Program-made: the position numbers and the translations under genes
Assembly: GCA_963700635.1 (NCBI GenBank)
Contig: CAVOYH010000004.1
Coordinates: 128,001-192,000, forward strand
Direction: 5' to 3'
From: an uncultured Bacteroidota bacterium
GTDB taxonomy: Bacteria; Bacteroidota; Ignavibacteria; UBA10030; UBA6906
DNA: 64,000 bases
The notes under the pieces: model-generated
What the model was told of the DNA's origin: nothing
Seen by the model: the letters and a program-made list of their open reading frames with translations, nothing else
The model's database searches: none
Shown: positions 1 to 9,250 of the stretch, in pieces
How the letters are laid out: every line of letters begins with the position of its first letter
Position numbering within the stretch: the stretch's first letter is position 1

Positions 1-2
1 CC

Positions 3-809
3 CTCCCCATGGCCATCGAGTGTGTGCGGGAGCTGAACAACGAAGGTGTCTGTGCGACGATGGACGTGCTGGGGGAAGATGTAACCACCCGCGCCGAAGC
101 CATCGCCTCCCGTGATCAATCCATTGCCGTCCTGCACGCAATCGCAAAAGAGAAGCTGGATTCGAATCTCTCCATAAAGCTGACGTCTCTCGGCCTGAAG
201 ATAGACAGGACGTTTTGTGTTGACAATGTCCGTGAGATCGTGAAGGTGGCGGCAGGATACAACAACTTTGTCCGGATTGACATGGAGGATTCCTCGTGTA
301 CCGGCGACACCATCGAGGTGTTCCGGACAGTGCATCGTGATTTCTCCAACACAGGAATTGTTGTTCAGGCCTATCTGTTCAGGACAGAGCAGGATGTCCG
401 GCTGCTCGTGAAGGAACAGTCCAACTTTCGTCTCTGTAAAGGGATCTATAAGGAACCGGCCGACATTGCATTTCAGGGACGGGAGGAAGTACAGCACAAC
501 TTTACCACTCTCCTGACGATCATGATCGATGGTCAATGTTACGTCGGGATTGCCACGCATGATTCGGTGCTTGTGGATGCCGCATACGATCTGATCGCAC
601 GAAAAGGGTTGCGGAAAGACCAGTACGAGTTTCAGATGTTACTGGGCGTGCGCCCGGAGCTCCGCAGGAAGCTTGTCCGTGACGGACACAAGGTGCGATT
701 GTATGTGCCGTTTGGTGAGCATTGGTACGGATATTCCACGCGGCGGTTCAAAGAAAATCCGGCGATAGCCGGGTATGTGTTCAAGGCATTGTTTACGCGG
801 AACGCCTGA
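3..809 (+). CDS. Monofunctional proline dehydrogenase (5' end probably outside window)
   Basis: PRODH motifs DVLGE, SIKLT, RIDMED, QAYLFRT, RLCKGIY, IATHD, EFQMLLG, YVPFG and RRxxENP. The frame is open to the window edge. Confidence 0.92.
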   Translation, partial: LPMAIECVRELNNEGVCATMDVLGEDVTTRAEAIASRDQSIAVLHAIAKEKLDSNLSIKLTSLGLKIDRTFCVDNVREIVKVAAGYNNFVRIDMEDSSCTGDTIEVFRTVHRDFSNTGIVVQAYLFRTEQDVRLLVKEQSNFRLCKGIYKEPADIAFQGREEVQHNFTTLLTIMIDGQCYVGIATHDSVLVDAAYDLIARKGLRKDQYEFQMLLGVRPELRRKLVRDGHKVRLYVPFGEHWYGYSTRRFKENPAIAGYVFKALFTRNA

Positions 810-873
810 TCCATTCGGGCGCGCACCGTCTATTATAGCTCTCACACATTCCATCAATCAGGAAGGATCTCTC

Positions 874-2913
874 ATGGCGGACACGCATCATAAGTCGTAC
901 GTGCCCCCGGACACGAACATGAAGGAGTTCACCTTCAAGGCGCTGGTCATCGGGCTCATCATGACGGTCGTCCTCGGCGCCGCGAATGCGTACCTGGGAC
1001 TCAAAGCAGGCATGACGATCGCTGCGACATATCCGGCGGCTGTCATCGGGATGGCCCTGCTCAGGATCTGGCGGGGCAACATCCTGGAGGAAAACTTTGC
1101 GCGAACGGTGGGTTCGATCGGTGAATCCGTAGCTGCCGGCGCGATCTTCACGCTCCCCGCATTCCTTATAGCCGGAGTGTGGCAGGAGTTCTGGTCTCCG
1201 CAACACTATTTCGAAGCCACGGCAATCATGCTTGTCGGAGGAATCGTCGGAATTCTGTTTGTGACAATCCTCCGTCGTGTGATGGTGGACGATAAAGAGC
1301 TTCCGTTCCCCGAATCGGTGGCGGCGGCGGAGATTCATAAGGCCGGACAGGCTGGTGGCAGCGGCGCGAAATTCCTGTTCTATGCCATGGGACTGGGCGC
1401 CTTAATCCAGGTCATGAAGTCGGTCAAGGTGTTTGCGGCAAGCTGGGAACATTTTATCCCCTTTGTCGGGCGTAAAATGACGTTTGCCAATGGCGCCTCC
1501 GTGGGTTCCGGCGGCGGAGCCCTTGTCAGCACACCGGGTGTCAGCCCTGCCTACATGGGTGTCGGTTACATCATCGGGCCCCAACTGGCCTCGTTAAACT
1601 TTACGGGAGGCTTGCTTGCCTGGGGATTGTTTGTACCGCTGCTTCTGTACTTCCTCGGGCCCGAATTGGCGATTTCATTGCAGGCCGCCGGAGCGGACGT
1701 GGCCAGCGATGAAACCTGGATTGATATGGCGAACCAGATCTGGCGCTCGATCGTGCGCCCCATCGCGATCGGCGGGATGTTGATGAGTGCCGGATACACC
1801 CTGTTCAAAATGCGGACCAGTCTGGGTGCGGGCATCAAGCGTGCAATCGGCGACGTGAGGAAAGCTGCGGCGGGCAGTCATTCCGGAGAAATCAGGACCG
1901 ATCGCGACATCCCGTTCAAGTGGGTTCTTATCGGCATCATCGCTGCTACCATAGCCACCTTCATCATCTACAGCTATTTTGCCGGGGATACCGTTGCGGC
2001 TCTCGTCGCGACCCTCGTGATGGTTGTAGCCGGATTTTTCTTCGCGGCGGTGTCAGGCAATCTGGTCGGGCTTATCGGTTCCAGCAACAATCCCATCAGC
2101 GGGCTGACGATTTCGACGCTGATCATTGCTGCGCTTCTGATGGTTGCGCTCGGCGTCAGCGGAATGCCCGGTGTGGCGGCGGTGCTTGGTGTTGCCGCCG
2201 TGATCTGCGTGTCGGCTGCCGTGGCAGGTGAGATGCTGCAAGATTTGAAAGTCGGGCACATTCTCGGTGGAACACCCTGGAAGATGCAGACCGGCAATTT
2301 GTTCGGTGTTGTGCTTGCAGCAGGTGTGATGTTCTTCCCTCTCCTGATTCTGCACCAGGGAGACATCAATATGGGCGGGACCGGTCTGGGTGGAAAACAG
2401 TACCCCGCACCGCAGGCCAGTCTGATGGCGATCCTTGCCAAAGGTATCGTCGGGGGAGATATGGCATGGCCCCTTATCATCGTCGGGATGCTCATGGCCT
2501 TCGGTTTTATCCTTGTCCGCGTTAAAAGCCCCATGCTCGTCTGTGTCGGGATGTATCTTCCCCTTGAAACATCGTTCGCCATTTTTGTCGGCGGTCTGAT
2601 CAAAGGCATCCTTGACAAACTCGCTGCGAAGCGGAAGCTGAATAATGCACAGAAAGCCCGGTATGAGAACAACGGCGTGCTGCTGGCGTCTGGTTTGATC
2701 GCCGGTGAGGCGCTCATCGGTCTTGTCTTTGCGGCACTCGCGGTTCTCGAGATCAATTTTGAGGCCTGGTTGCCCGGACTGGTCACGGCGTTCCCGCTGC
2801 CGTTTGCTGTCAGTGCGCTGGTGTTCGTCGTGATCGCATGGGTGTTGATCCGGACACCACTGCGCAACGCAGGGCGCCCGGAGGAACCGGCACCGCCCAG
2901 TGCAATGGTCTAA
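874..2913 (+). CDS. OPT-family oligopeptide transporter
   Basis: AANAYLGLKAG, LPFPES, GSSNNPISG, LQDLKVG and PAPQA motifs with many TM segments. ATG 874 follows ggaagga. Confidence 0.92.
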   Translation: MADTHHKSYVPPDTNMKEFTFKALVIGLIMTVVLGAANAYLGLKAGMTIAATYPAAVIGMALLRIWRGNILEENFARTVGSIGESVAAGAIFTLPAFLIAGVWQEFWSPQHYFEATAIMLVGGIVGILFVTILRRVMVDDKELPFPESVAAAEIHKAGQAGGSGAKFLFYAMGLGALIQVMKSVKVFAASWEHFIPFVGRKMTFANGASVGSGGGALVSTPGVSPAYMGVGYIIGPQLASLNFTGGLLAWGLFVPLLLYFLGPELAISLQAAGADVASDETWIDMANQIWRSIVRPIAIGGMLMSAGYTLFKMRTSLGAGIKRAIGDVRKAAAGSHSGEIRTDRDIPFKWVLIGIIAATIATFIIYSYFAGDTVAALVATLVMVVAGFFFAAVSGNLVGLIGSSNNPISGLTISTLIIAALLMVALGVSGMPGVAAVLGVAAVICVSAAVAGEMLQDLKVGHILGGTPWKMQTGNLFGVVLAAGVMFFPLLILHQGDINMGGTGLGGKQYPAPQASLMAILAKGIVGGDMAWPLIIVGMLMAFGFILVRVKSPMLVCVGMYLPLETSFAIFVGGLIKGILDKLAAKRKLNNAQKARYENNGVLLASGLIAGEALIGLVFAALAVLEINFEAWLPGLVTAFPLPFAVSALVFVVIAWVLIRTPLRNAGRPEEPAPPSAMV

Positions 2914-2920
2914 TCACTGA

Positions 2921-2954
2921 AACGCCATGTCTGCGTTTTCGGCACCATGGCGTT
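2921..2954 (+). terminator. Stem-loop after the OPT gene (no U-tract)
   Basis: Inverted repeat aacgccatg (2921-2929) / catggcgtt (2946-2954). Confidence 0.35.
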
Positions 2955-3035
2955 AGGGATTTTCCCTCCGCGTAATCGCGGAGAGTACTCATCTATCTCC
3001 CCCTCGTGGGGTTGGTTGACAAAGAGGAGAACGTT

Positions 3036-4490
3036 ATGTCATCTGCCATTGAAGGTTTGAGGCCAATGCTCGTGTGGAAATACTTCGCGGAGATCTCCAG
3101 GATCCCGCGCTGCTCAAAACACGAAGAAGCAATGGTAACGTATGTGCTGGAAACGGCGAAGCGACTTGGCCTGGAGGCACAATCGGACAAATTTGGCAAC
3201 GTCGTGGTTCGTAAGCCGGCGTCCGCAGGACGCGAACATGTCGGCAGTATCGTGCTCCAGGGGCACCTGGACATGGTCTGCGAGAAGAATAAAGGCACCG
3301 TACACGACTTTTCAAAAGATCCCATTGAACTCGTCCGGAATGGAAACGTGCTCATGGCCAACGGAACCACACTCGGTGCTGACAATGGCATCGCTGTGGC
3401 GACGAATCTGGCGATCATGGAAGATCGGTCGCTCCAGCACGGACCGCTGGAGTTCCTGTTCACGGTGGATGAGGAAACCGGATTGACCGGCGCGAGTAAT
3501 CTGGGATCGGACTTTCTGGTCAGCAAGACCCTGCTGAATCTGGATTCCGAAGAAGAAGGTGCTGTCTATGTGGGATGTTCCGGCGGAAAGAACACGCTTG
3601 CCTCATGGAAACTTTCATTTGAAACTCCTCCGGCAGGGACGATGGTGGCAGAGCTGAAGGTCGGAGGTCTCAAAGGAGGCCATTCCGGTCTGGAGATTGA
3701 CAAGAATCGCGGCAACTCCATCAAGATCATCACCAGGGTGCTTGTGGCCCTATCGGACCTGGGCGCCCGCCTGGCAAGCCTGGAGGGAGGGAACAAACAC
3801 AACGCCATACCCCGGGAAGCCGAGGCACTTGTGTCGATTCCCAAGAAGAAGTGGGATGAGGCTATCACACTGGTTGCTCACTTCCAGGACGTGATGCGGG
3901 GTGAGCTCGGAAAGGTTGATCCGGATATCGTCCTGACGCTGGAAATTAAAAAGGGCAAGAAAGTGAAGGTGCTGAAGAAGGCGATACAGAAGAAGCTTCT
4001 CCAGACGCTCACTTCGCTACCCCATGGCGTCATTAAAATGAGCTCCGATATCGCCGGACTGGTCGAAACATCGACAAACGTGGCCACCATCAAGACAACA
4101 AAGAAGAGCGTCACGATGGCGACCAGTCAGCGCAGTTCCGTGGCGTCAGAAATCAAGGATACCTGCGCGACTGTGGGAGCGATTTTTTCTCTCGGAGGCG
4201 CTGAAGTAACAGAGACAGACGGCTATCCGGGTTGGAAGCCGAATATGGACTCCGCAATCCTGAAAGTGGCGAAGGAAACCTACCGATCGTTGTACGGGAA
4301 GGAACCGGAAGTAAAAGCCATCCATGCCGGACTTGAATGTGGTATTATCGGTGAGCGGTATCCGGGTATGGACATGCTGAGCTTTGGTCCGACACTTGAA
4401 GGGGTACACTCGCCGGACGAGAAGATCTACATTGACACGGTCGAAAAATACTGGAACTTCCTCCTGGGGATACTCAAGAACGCCAGGTAG
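3036..4490 (+). CDS. pepD: Aminoacyl-histidine (Xaa-His) dipeptidase, peptidase M20C
   Basis: QGHLDMV, TTLGADNGI, DEETGL, NLDSEE, GGHSG, HAGLECG and HSPDE motifs. gagga RBS before ATG 3036. Confidence 0.93.
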   Translation: MSSAIEGLRPMLVWKYFAEISRIPRCSKHEEAMVTYVLETAKRLGLEAQSDKFGNVVVRKPASAGREHVGSIVLQGHLDMVCEKNKGTVHDFSKDPIELVRNGNVLMANGTTLGADNGIAVATNLAIMEDRSLQHGPLEFLFTVDEETGLTGASNLGSDFLVSKTLLNLDSEEEGAVYVGCSGGKNTLASWKLSFETPPAGTMVAELKVGGLKGGHSGLEIDKNRGNSIKIITRVLVALSDLGARLASLEGGNKHNAIPREAEALVSIPKKKWDEAITLVAHFQDVMRGELGKVDPDIVLTLEIKKGKKVKVLKKAIQKKLLQTLTSLPHGVIKMSSDIAGLVETSTNVATIKTTKKSVTMATSQRSSVASEIKDTCATVGAIFSLGGAEVTETDGYPGWKPNMDSAILKVAKETYRSLYGKEPEVKAIHAGLECGIIGERYPGMDMLSFGPTLEGVHSPDEKIYIDTVEKYWNFLLGILKNAR

Positions 4491-4503
4491 AAAAAGGTGC
4501 CGG

Positions 4504-4548
4504 AACACAGGGCGCCCGGGGGAAGACCCTCCGGGCGCTCGTGTTTTT
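4504..4548 (+). terminator. Intrinsic terminator between convergent pepD and pit
   Basis: GC-rich hairpin gggcgcccgg...ccgggcgctc followed by gtgttttt. Confidence 0.65.
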
Positions 4549-4578
4549 CCAAGCATCGCCGCGGGCCGGGTATCCGGT

Positions 4579-6054
4579 TCATTTCACCCGGAACATAGAA
4601 TAGAGCGTCGAGCGCAGGAACGCCCGATTCCGGACCTCTGTCTCGGGTCCGGGTGGATTGGGGACGCGCCAGGAAGTATCGGCCTGCGCCAGTGCGTGGT
4701 CCAGCTGCCAGCGATGGGAGAAAAAGCGGCCGTGCAGCGCGTACAGTGAACGCCGCTGGGGTCGAGTTATGAGCCCCGGATCGAGAGAGCGTTCCGCAAT
4801 GAGGGAATCCACACGAAGCGAATCCAGTTCGGCGGACGAAAAAATTACGAGTAACTGCTTCTCCGTCCAGGGATGCAACGTTATGAGGCTCTCCCGGAAT
4901 TGAGAAGATCCTGCAATTTTTGTCTCAAGGATCGGACCGAGCGCGACGGTATCCACGCCACGACGGTGAATCTCTTCCATAACGTCGTGATTCACCGAAT
5001 ACTCCGTGAGGCTTACCACCTGCCGCTCAAACACGTTTTGCACAAAAAACAGGAGTATGAATGCAATCAGTCCTGCGGCCACCGGCGCTATGAGCCAACC
5101 GGAGGCGATTTTGAGCAGGACGGTGTAGTTGATTCCGCGTCCGCCTTTTGCCAAACCCACGCCGATCACCGCGCCGATAACCACCTGAGTGCTGGAGAGA
5201 GGGACCAGGGGGATGGTCGGCATTTCGAGGCGGAGAAGAATTCCCTCCAGAAATTCTGATGTAAACAGGAACAGCACAATCGTTTCAGCGAGTACCACGA
5301 CGAGACCGGCAAGGGGTGTAATCTTGAACAGGTCTCTCCCCACGGTATCCATAACCCGGTCGCCGTATGTGTACATCCCGACGGCAATCGAGAGCCCACC
5401 GATAAGAAAGAGTTGTTCCGTTCCGGAGACGGTCAGGACATCCCAGAATGTCAGCCCCTCAAGAGGGAAGGCGGGCACAAACATGCCCATGACATTGGCG
5501 ATATTGTTTGCGCCGAGCACGTAGGCGGCCAGTGCGCCGACAATCATGAGTCCCAAACGTGTAAAGGCATCAAGATGCAGAACATGCAGCTTTGCCCGTC
5601 TGAGAGATACGGTCAGGACGCGGAAGAGCAGAAATGCAAATCCTGCGGCGAGCACCGGACCCAGGACCCACGTGGAAAGTATTTTCGACAACGCAGAAGT
5701 GTCAGTTGGAGATCCGGTAAACAGATTCCAGCCGATGATGCCTCCCACCACGGCCTGCGAAGTGGACACGGGGAGCTTGAGTTTGGTCATCCAGGTTACG
5801 GTGATCCCGACTGCGAGCGCGACGGTAAAGCACCCTGCCATGGCATTTACCGCCCCGAGCGTGCCAAGCGTGCGCGTGGTTCCTGCTCCGCTCAGGACCG
5901 CCCCGAGCACGACGAAGATGCCGGCCACCACAGCGGCCAGCCTGAAGCGCACCATGCGGGAAGCCACTGCAGTGCCGAAGACATTCACAGCATGGTTGGC
6001 ACCGAGCGACCATCCGAGGAAGAGACCTGTGCTGATGTAGAGCCAGTTTACCAT
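4579..6054 (-). CDS. PiT-family inorganic phosphate transporter with a C-terminal extension
   Basis: Two GAN(H/N)xxN signature repeats, PVSTSQ and PLSSTQ. Lies directly after a DUF47 gene. Confidence 0.9.
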   Translation of the reverse strand: MVNWLYISTGLFLGWSLGANHAVNVFGTAVASRMVRFRLAAVVAGIFVVLGAVLSGAGTTRTLGTLGAVNAMAGCFTVALAVGITVTWMTKLKLPVSTSQAVVGGIIGWNLFTGSPTDTSALSKILSTWVLGPVLAAGFAFLLFRVLTVSLRRAKLHVLHLDAFTRLGLMIVGALAAYVLGANNIANVMGMFVPAFPLEGLTFWDVLTVSGTEQLFLIGGLSIAVGMYTYGDRVMDTVGRDLFKITPLAGLVVVLAETIVLFLFTSEFLEGILLRLEMPTIPLVPLSSTQVVIGAVIGVGLAKGGRGINYTVLLKIASGWLIAPVAAGLIAFILLFFVQNVFERQVVSLTEYSVNHDVMEEIHRRGVDTVALGPILETKIAGSSQFRESLITLHPWTEKQLLVIFSSAELDSLRVDSLIAERSLDPGLITRPQRRSLYALHGRFFSHRWQLDHALAQADTSWRVPNPPGPETEVRNRAFLRSTLYSMFRVK

Positions 6055-6062
6055 GACGGAGA

Positions 6063-6707
6063 TTAGAAGGTCCGCTTGATCGTGGCAATCGCCAGCCGGT
6101 CGCAGACGTCTTCCGCCTCATCGGCGATTGCTTCAATATGATAGGCGAAGTACCGCATGTGAATCTTTCTGCTCAGGTCGATGTCCATCTTGAAGACGGT
6201 CCTTTTGATCTGGTCGCCTACGGTGTCGGATTGTTTTTCGTAAAACATGGCCTTGGTGATGAAATCGCGCACCCGGTCGGGCTCGCGGAAGTACGCGCGC
6301 ACAGCAGAGACCATGGATTCCACGGTCAACATGGAAGCATCGGTAAGATCAAGATACAGCGGTCGTAACTCTTCGATCAGATCCGGCACTTCCACGTCAA
6401 ACTGCGCCAGTGTCTCTGTGATGCGGTTCAGCACGCGATCACTGCTCTCCAGTAATCCAAGGACATCACCTCTGGAATCAGGGATAAGTGTGTCCATATA
6501 CAGCCGGGTCTCGATGGATCTCCGGAGCGTGTCCGCATTACTTTCCGTTGATTCAAGGTCATGCATATGGAGTGCAAAATGTTCTGCCTGTCCCCTGAGA
6601 TAACACTTCATCCCTTCCTTGAAAACCAGCGCCCCACGAATCACCAGATCAAGGTATTCATCGATCTGTCTTTCCAGATTACGTGTCTTGCGCAAGAGAA
6701 CATCCAT
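6063..6707 (-). CDS. DUF47 / PhoU-like phosphate transport regulator
   Basis: ESNADxLRR, EKQSD and IADEAEDV helical repeats. Canonical pairing with pit. Confidence 0.88.
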   Translation of the reverse strand: MDVLLRKTRNLERQIDEYLDLVIRGALVFKEGMKCYLRGQAEHFALHMHDLESTESNADTLRRSIETRLYMDTLIPDSRGDVLGLLESSDRVLNRITETLAQFDVEVPDLIEELRPLYLDLTDASMLTVESMVSAVRAYFREPDRVRDFITKAMFYEKQSDTVGDQIKRTVFKMDIDLSRKIHMRYFAYHIEAIADEAEDVCDRLAIATIKRTF

Positions 6708-6751
6708 TGCCCGTATCCTTCCGGCGTTGTGCTGACAAATTGCTGAGTGAG

Positions 6752-6780
6752 AAGATACTGATAGTGAAGGGTTTCTTCAA
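6752..6780 (-). promoter_or_regulatory. Sigma70-type promoter for DUF47-pit
   Basis: Minus strand TTGAAG-17 nt-TATCTT. Confidence 0.55.
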
Positions 6781-6846
6781 GTGCAAATCGGAGGAGCGGG
6801 AATCCGCCGGGAACATCGTTCGCCGGGTGATCACAAGCGGCATTCT

Positions 6847-7761
6847 CTACACCCCAAATCGATCAGCGAGCAGCCCATGGCGCAAACCACGGTCACTGAC
6901 GAGAAAGGCCTCCTTGCGGAGTTTCTCCAGAATCGTTCTGACAATACACAGACCTCCGAGTATCACCTCGGCCCGCTCCGGTTGGAGGCCCACAATACGC
7001 CTGCGCTTCGCGGCCGACAGGGTTCGGTAGAGTTCGATCTGGCGGGTGAGCTCGGCGTGGTCGATGGTGGATCCGTGCACGGTGTCCGGGTCATACTGTG
7101 CAAGGCGGTGGCGCACGCTGGCGATGGTGGTGACCGTCCCGCCGATGCCAACAAGTGTATCAGGTGCGGGCGTGCCGTCCAGTCTCTGAAGATCGTTCGC
7201 GATCGCCTGGAGTGCTTGCTGAAGCCGTGCCGGCGGCACGGCGTTACCGAGACCGTATGTTTCCGTGAAGCGGATCGCTCCGACCTCCAGGCTGCAATGA
7301 TCCACGACCGCGGCATCCTTGCCAAACACAAATTCCGTGCTACCACCCCCGCTGTCAAATATCACGATGGATCCTCCCGGGAGACCGATCCCTGATTTCA
7401 CGGCCAGATAGGACAACCGGCTTTCCTCTTCGCCTGAAATTGTTTCGATGTTGACACCGCATTGTTTGCTGACCCGGGCGATAAACAGGCCGCTATTACG
7501 GGCAGTACGAAGGGCCATAGTGCCAACGGCGACAATTGCCTCGACGTCCAGCCGGTTTGCTTCCCGGACCATTTTGGTAATGGAAGCTGCTGTACGGTCC
7601 GCCGCGTCCGGTTGGATTTCACCGGTCTTGTGCAGACCATCTCCAAGACGGGTGATAACCGCCCGGTCTGCGACAACGCCCCAGGTGCCGTCAGCCCGTT
7701 GTTCCCCGATGTGCATCTTTGTGGAAGTGGTGCCAACATCTATCGCTGCGTACCGTGGCAT
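6847..7761 (-). CDS. ppx: Ppx/GppA-family exopolyphosphatase (short form)
   Basis: AAIDVGT, TRLG, TMALR, ISGEEE, DSGGGSTE, GIGGT and GLRHG. Start taken at MPRYAAID. Confidence 0.88.
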   Translation of the reverse strand: MPRYAAIDVGTTSTKMHIGEQRADGTWGVVADRAVITRLGDGLHKTGEIQPDAADRTAASITKMVREANRLDVEAIVAVGTMALRTARNSGLFIARVSKQCGVNIETISGEEESRLSYLAVKSGIGLPGGSIVIFDSGGGSTEFVFGKDAAVVDHCSLEVGAIRFTETYGLGNAVPPARLQQALQAIANDLQRLDGTPAPDTLVGIGGTVTTIASVRHRLAQYDPDTVHGSTIDHAELTRQIELYRTLSAAKRRRIVGLQPERAEVILGGLCIVRTILEKLRKEAFLVSDRGLRHGLLADRFGV

Positions 7762-7915
7762 GTACAGTCTCCTGAATCCCGGCTGTAATATACACAATCC
7801 ATCTGACGCGCGGGAGCGCTCACCGGATGCAAAGAATCATCGCCCGTATTATTTGATTCCACATAACCATTTTGTACATTCAGTGGTTCGCAGTTTCTCA
7901 CGATAACGAGGATGC

Positions 7916-9211
7916 ATGACCGTCGTCCCTGACGCACCTATTTCCTCAAAGCCCCCGCCGCCCCGATGGTTCCGATGGATGGTCCTCGTCCTGATCAGCC
8001 TGGCGATGTTTGGCAACTACTACATCTACGACAGTATCAGCCCCCTGGCGGATGTTCTGAAAGCCCAGCTCGGCTTTACTGATGGCGATATCGGCTGGCT
8101 CAATGCAATTTATAGTATTCCCAATGTCTTCATGGTGCTGATCGGGGGGTTTGTCATTGACCGGATTGGCATTCGTCGTTCAACGGCGATTTTTGCGGTC
8201 CTTTGTCTTATGGGAGCCGTCATCACCGCCAGTTCCGGTGTTCTGGAAACCATGGCGGCGGGAAGGCTGGTATTCGGCCTTGGCGCAGAATCACTGATTG
8301 TTGCAGTGACGACAGGAATCGCCAAGTGGTTCCGCGGCAAGGAGCTGAGTTTCGCCTTCGGGTTGAATCTGACCATCGCCCGGCTTGGCTCGTTTGCTGC
8401 ACTCAATTCGCCAAGTTGGGGAGGGGCGCTGTATGATTCGTGGCGCCTTCCATTATTGCTGTCCGTGGCCGCCGGTGTGATTTGCGTAGCGGGTGCGCTG
8501 ATCTACTGGATCCTTGAACGGTCAGGTGAAAAGCAGTATGATCTGGGAGGAGAGGGGAAGACGGACAAGATCGTGTTTCGCGACCTCCTCCGGTTCGGCA
8601 CTTCCTACTGGCTTATTGTTGCCCTGTGTGTTGTCTTCTACTCTGCGGTATTTCCGTTTCAGACTTTTGCCGTGAAGTTCTTTATGGAGGCGCACGGGAC
8701 AACCCGGGAGGTTGGAGGATTTCTGTCCAGCATCCTGACGTTATTTGCGATGATCGCCACGCCCCTGTTTGGTTATGTGGCAGACCGTAAGGGACACCGA
8801 GCGACGTATATGGTGTACGGATCGATTCTCCTGATCCCCGCATACCTCCTGATGGCATACACGTCAATAACTCTGTATGTTCCGATGGCCATGATGGGAG
8901 TGGCTTTTTCCCTGATACCTGCCGTCATGTGGCCGTCGGTTGCGTACATCGTGGGTCAGGAACGGCTCGGAACAGCGTATGGACTCATGACAATGATTCA
9001 GAACATAGGGCTCGCCGGATTTAATCTGCTCGTCGGCTGGGCCAATGACTCCTGGGCTGCAAGTGCAACACATCCGGAAGGATATATTCCCGGCATGTGG
9101 ATTTTTTCCGGGCTGGCGCTTCTGGGTATTGTCTTTGCATTACTTCTTCTCCGGCGTGAACGGGGTCCTGACCGTCATGGACTGGAGACCATCACCATCA
9201 CAAGTCAATAA
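7916..9211 (+). CDS. MFS transporter, MFSD1-like
   Basis: About 12 TM segments, with GGFVIDRIG, GRLVFGLGAES and WFRGKELSFAFG. Confidence 0.85.
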   Translation: MTVVPDAPISSKPPPPRWFRWMVLVLISLAMFGNYYIYDSISPLADVLKAQLGFTDGDIGWLNAIYSIPNVFMVLIGGFVIDRIGIRRSTAIFAVLCLMGAVITASSGVLETMAAGRLVFGLGAESLIVAVTTGIAKWFRGKELSFAFGLNLTIARLGSFAALNSPSWGGALYDSWRLPLLLSVAAGVICVAGALIYWILERSGEKQYDLGGEGKTDKIVFRDLLRFGTSYWLIVALCVVFYSAVFPFQTFAVKFFMEAHGTTREVGGFLSSILTLFAMIATPLFGYVADRKGHRATYMVYGSILLIPAYLLMAYTSITLYVPMAMMGVAFSLIPAVMWPSVAYIVGQERLGTAYGLMTMIQNIGLAGFNLLVGWANDSWAASATHPEGYIPGMWIFSGLALLGIVFALLLLRRERGPDRHGLETITITSQ

Positions 9212-9250
9212 CGATCCGGCGCCGCCAGAGGCCGGAAGGGGGAGGGTACT

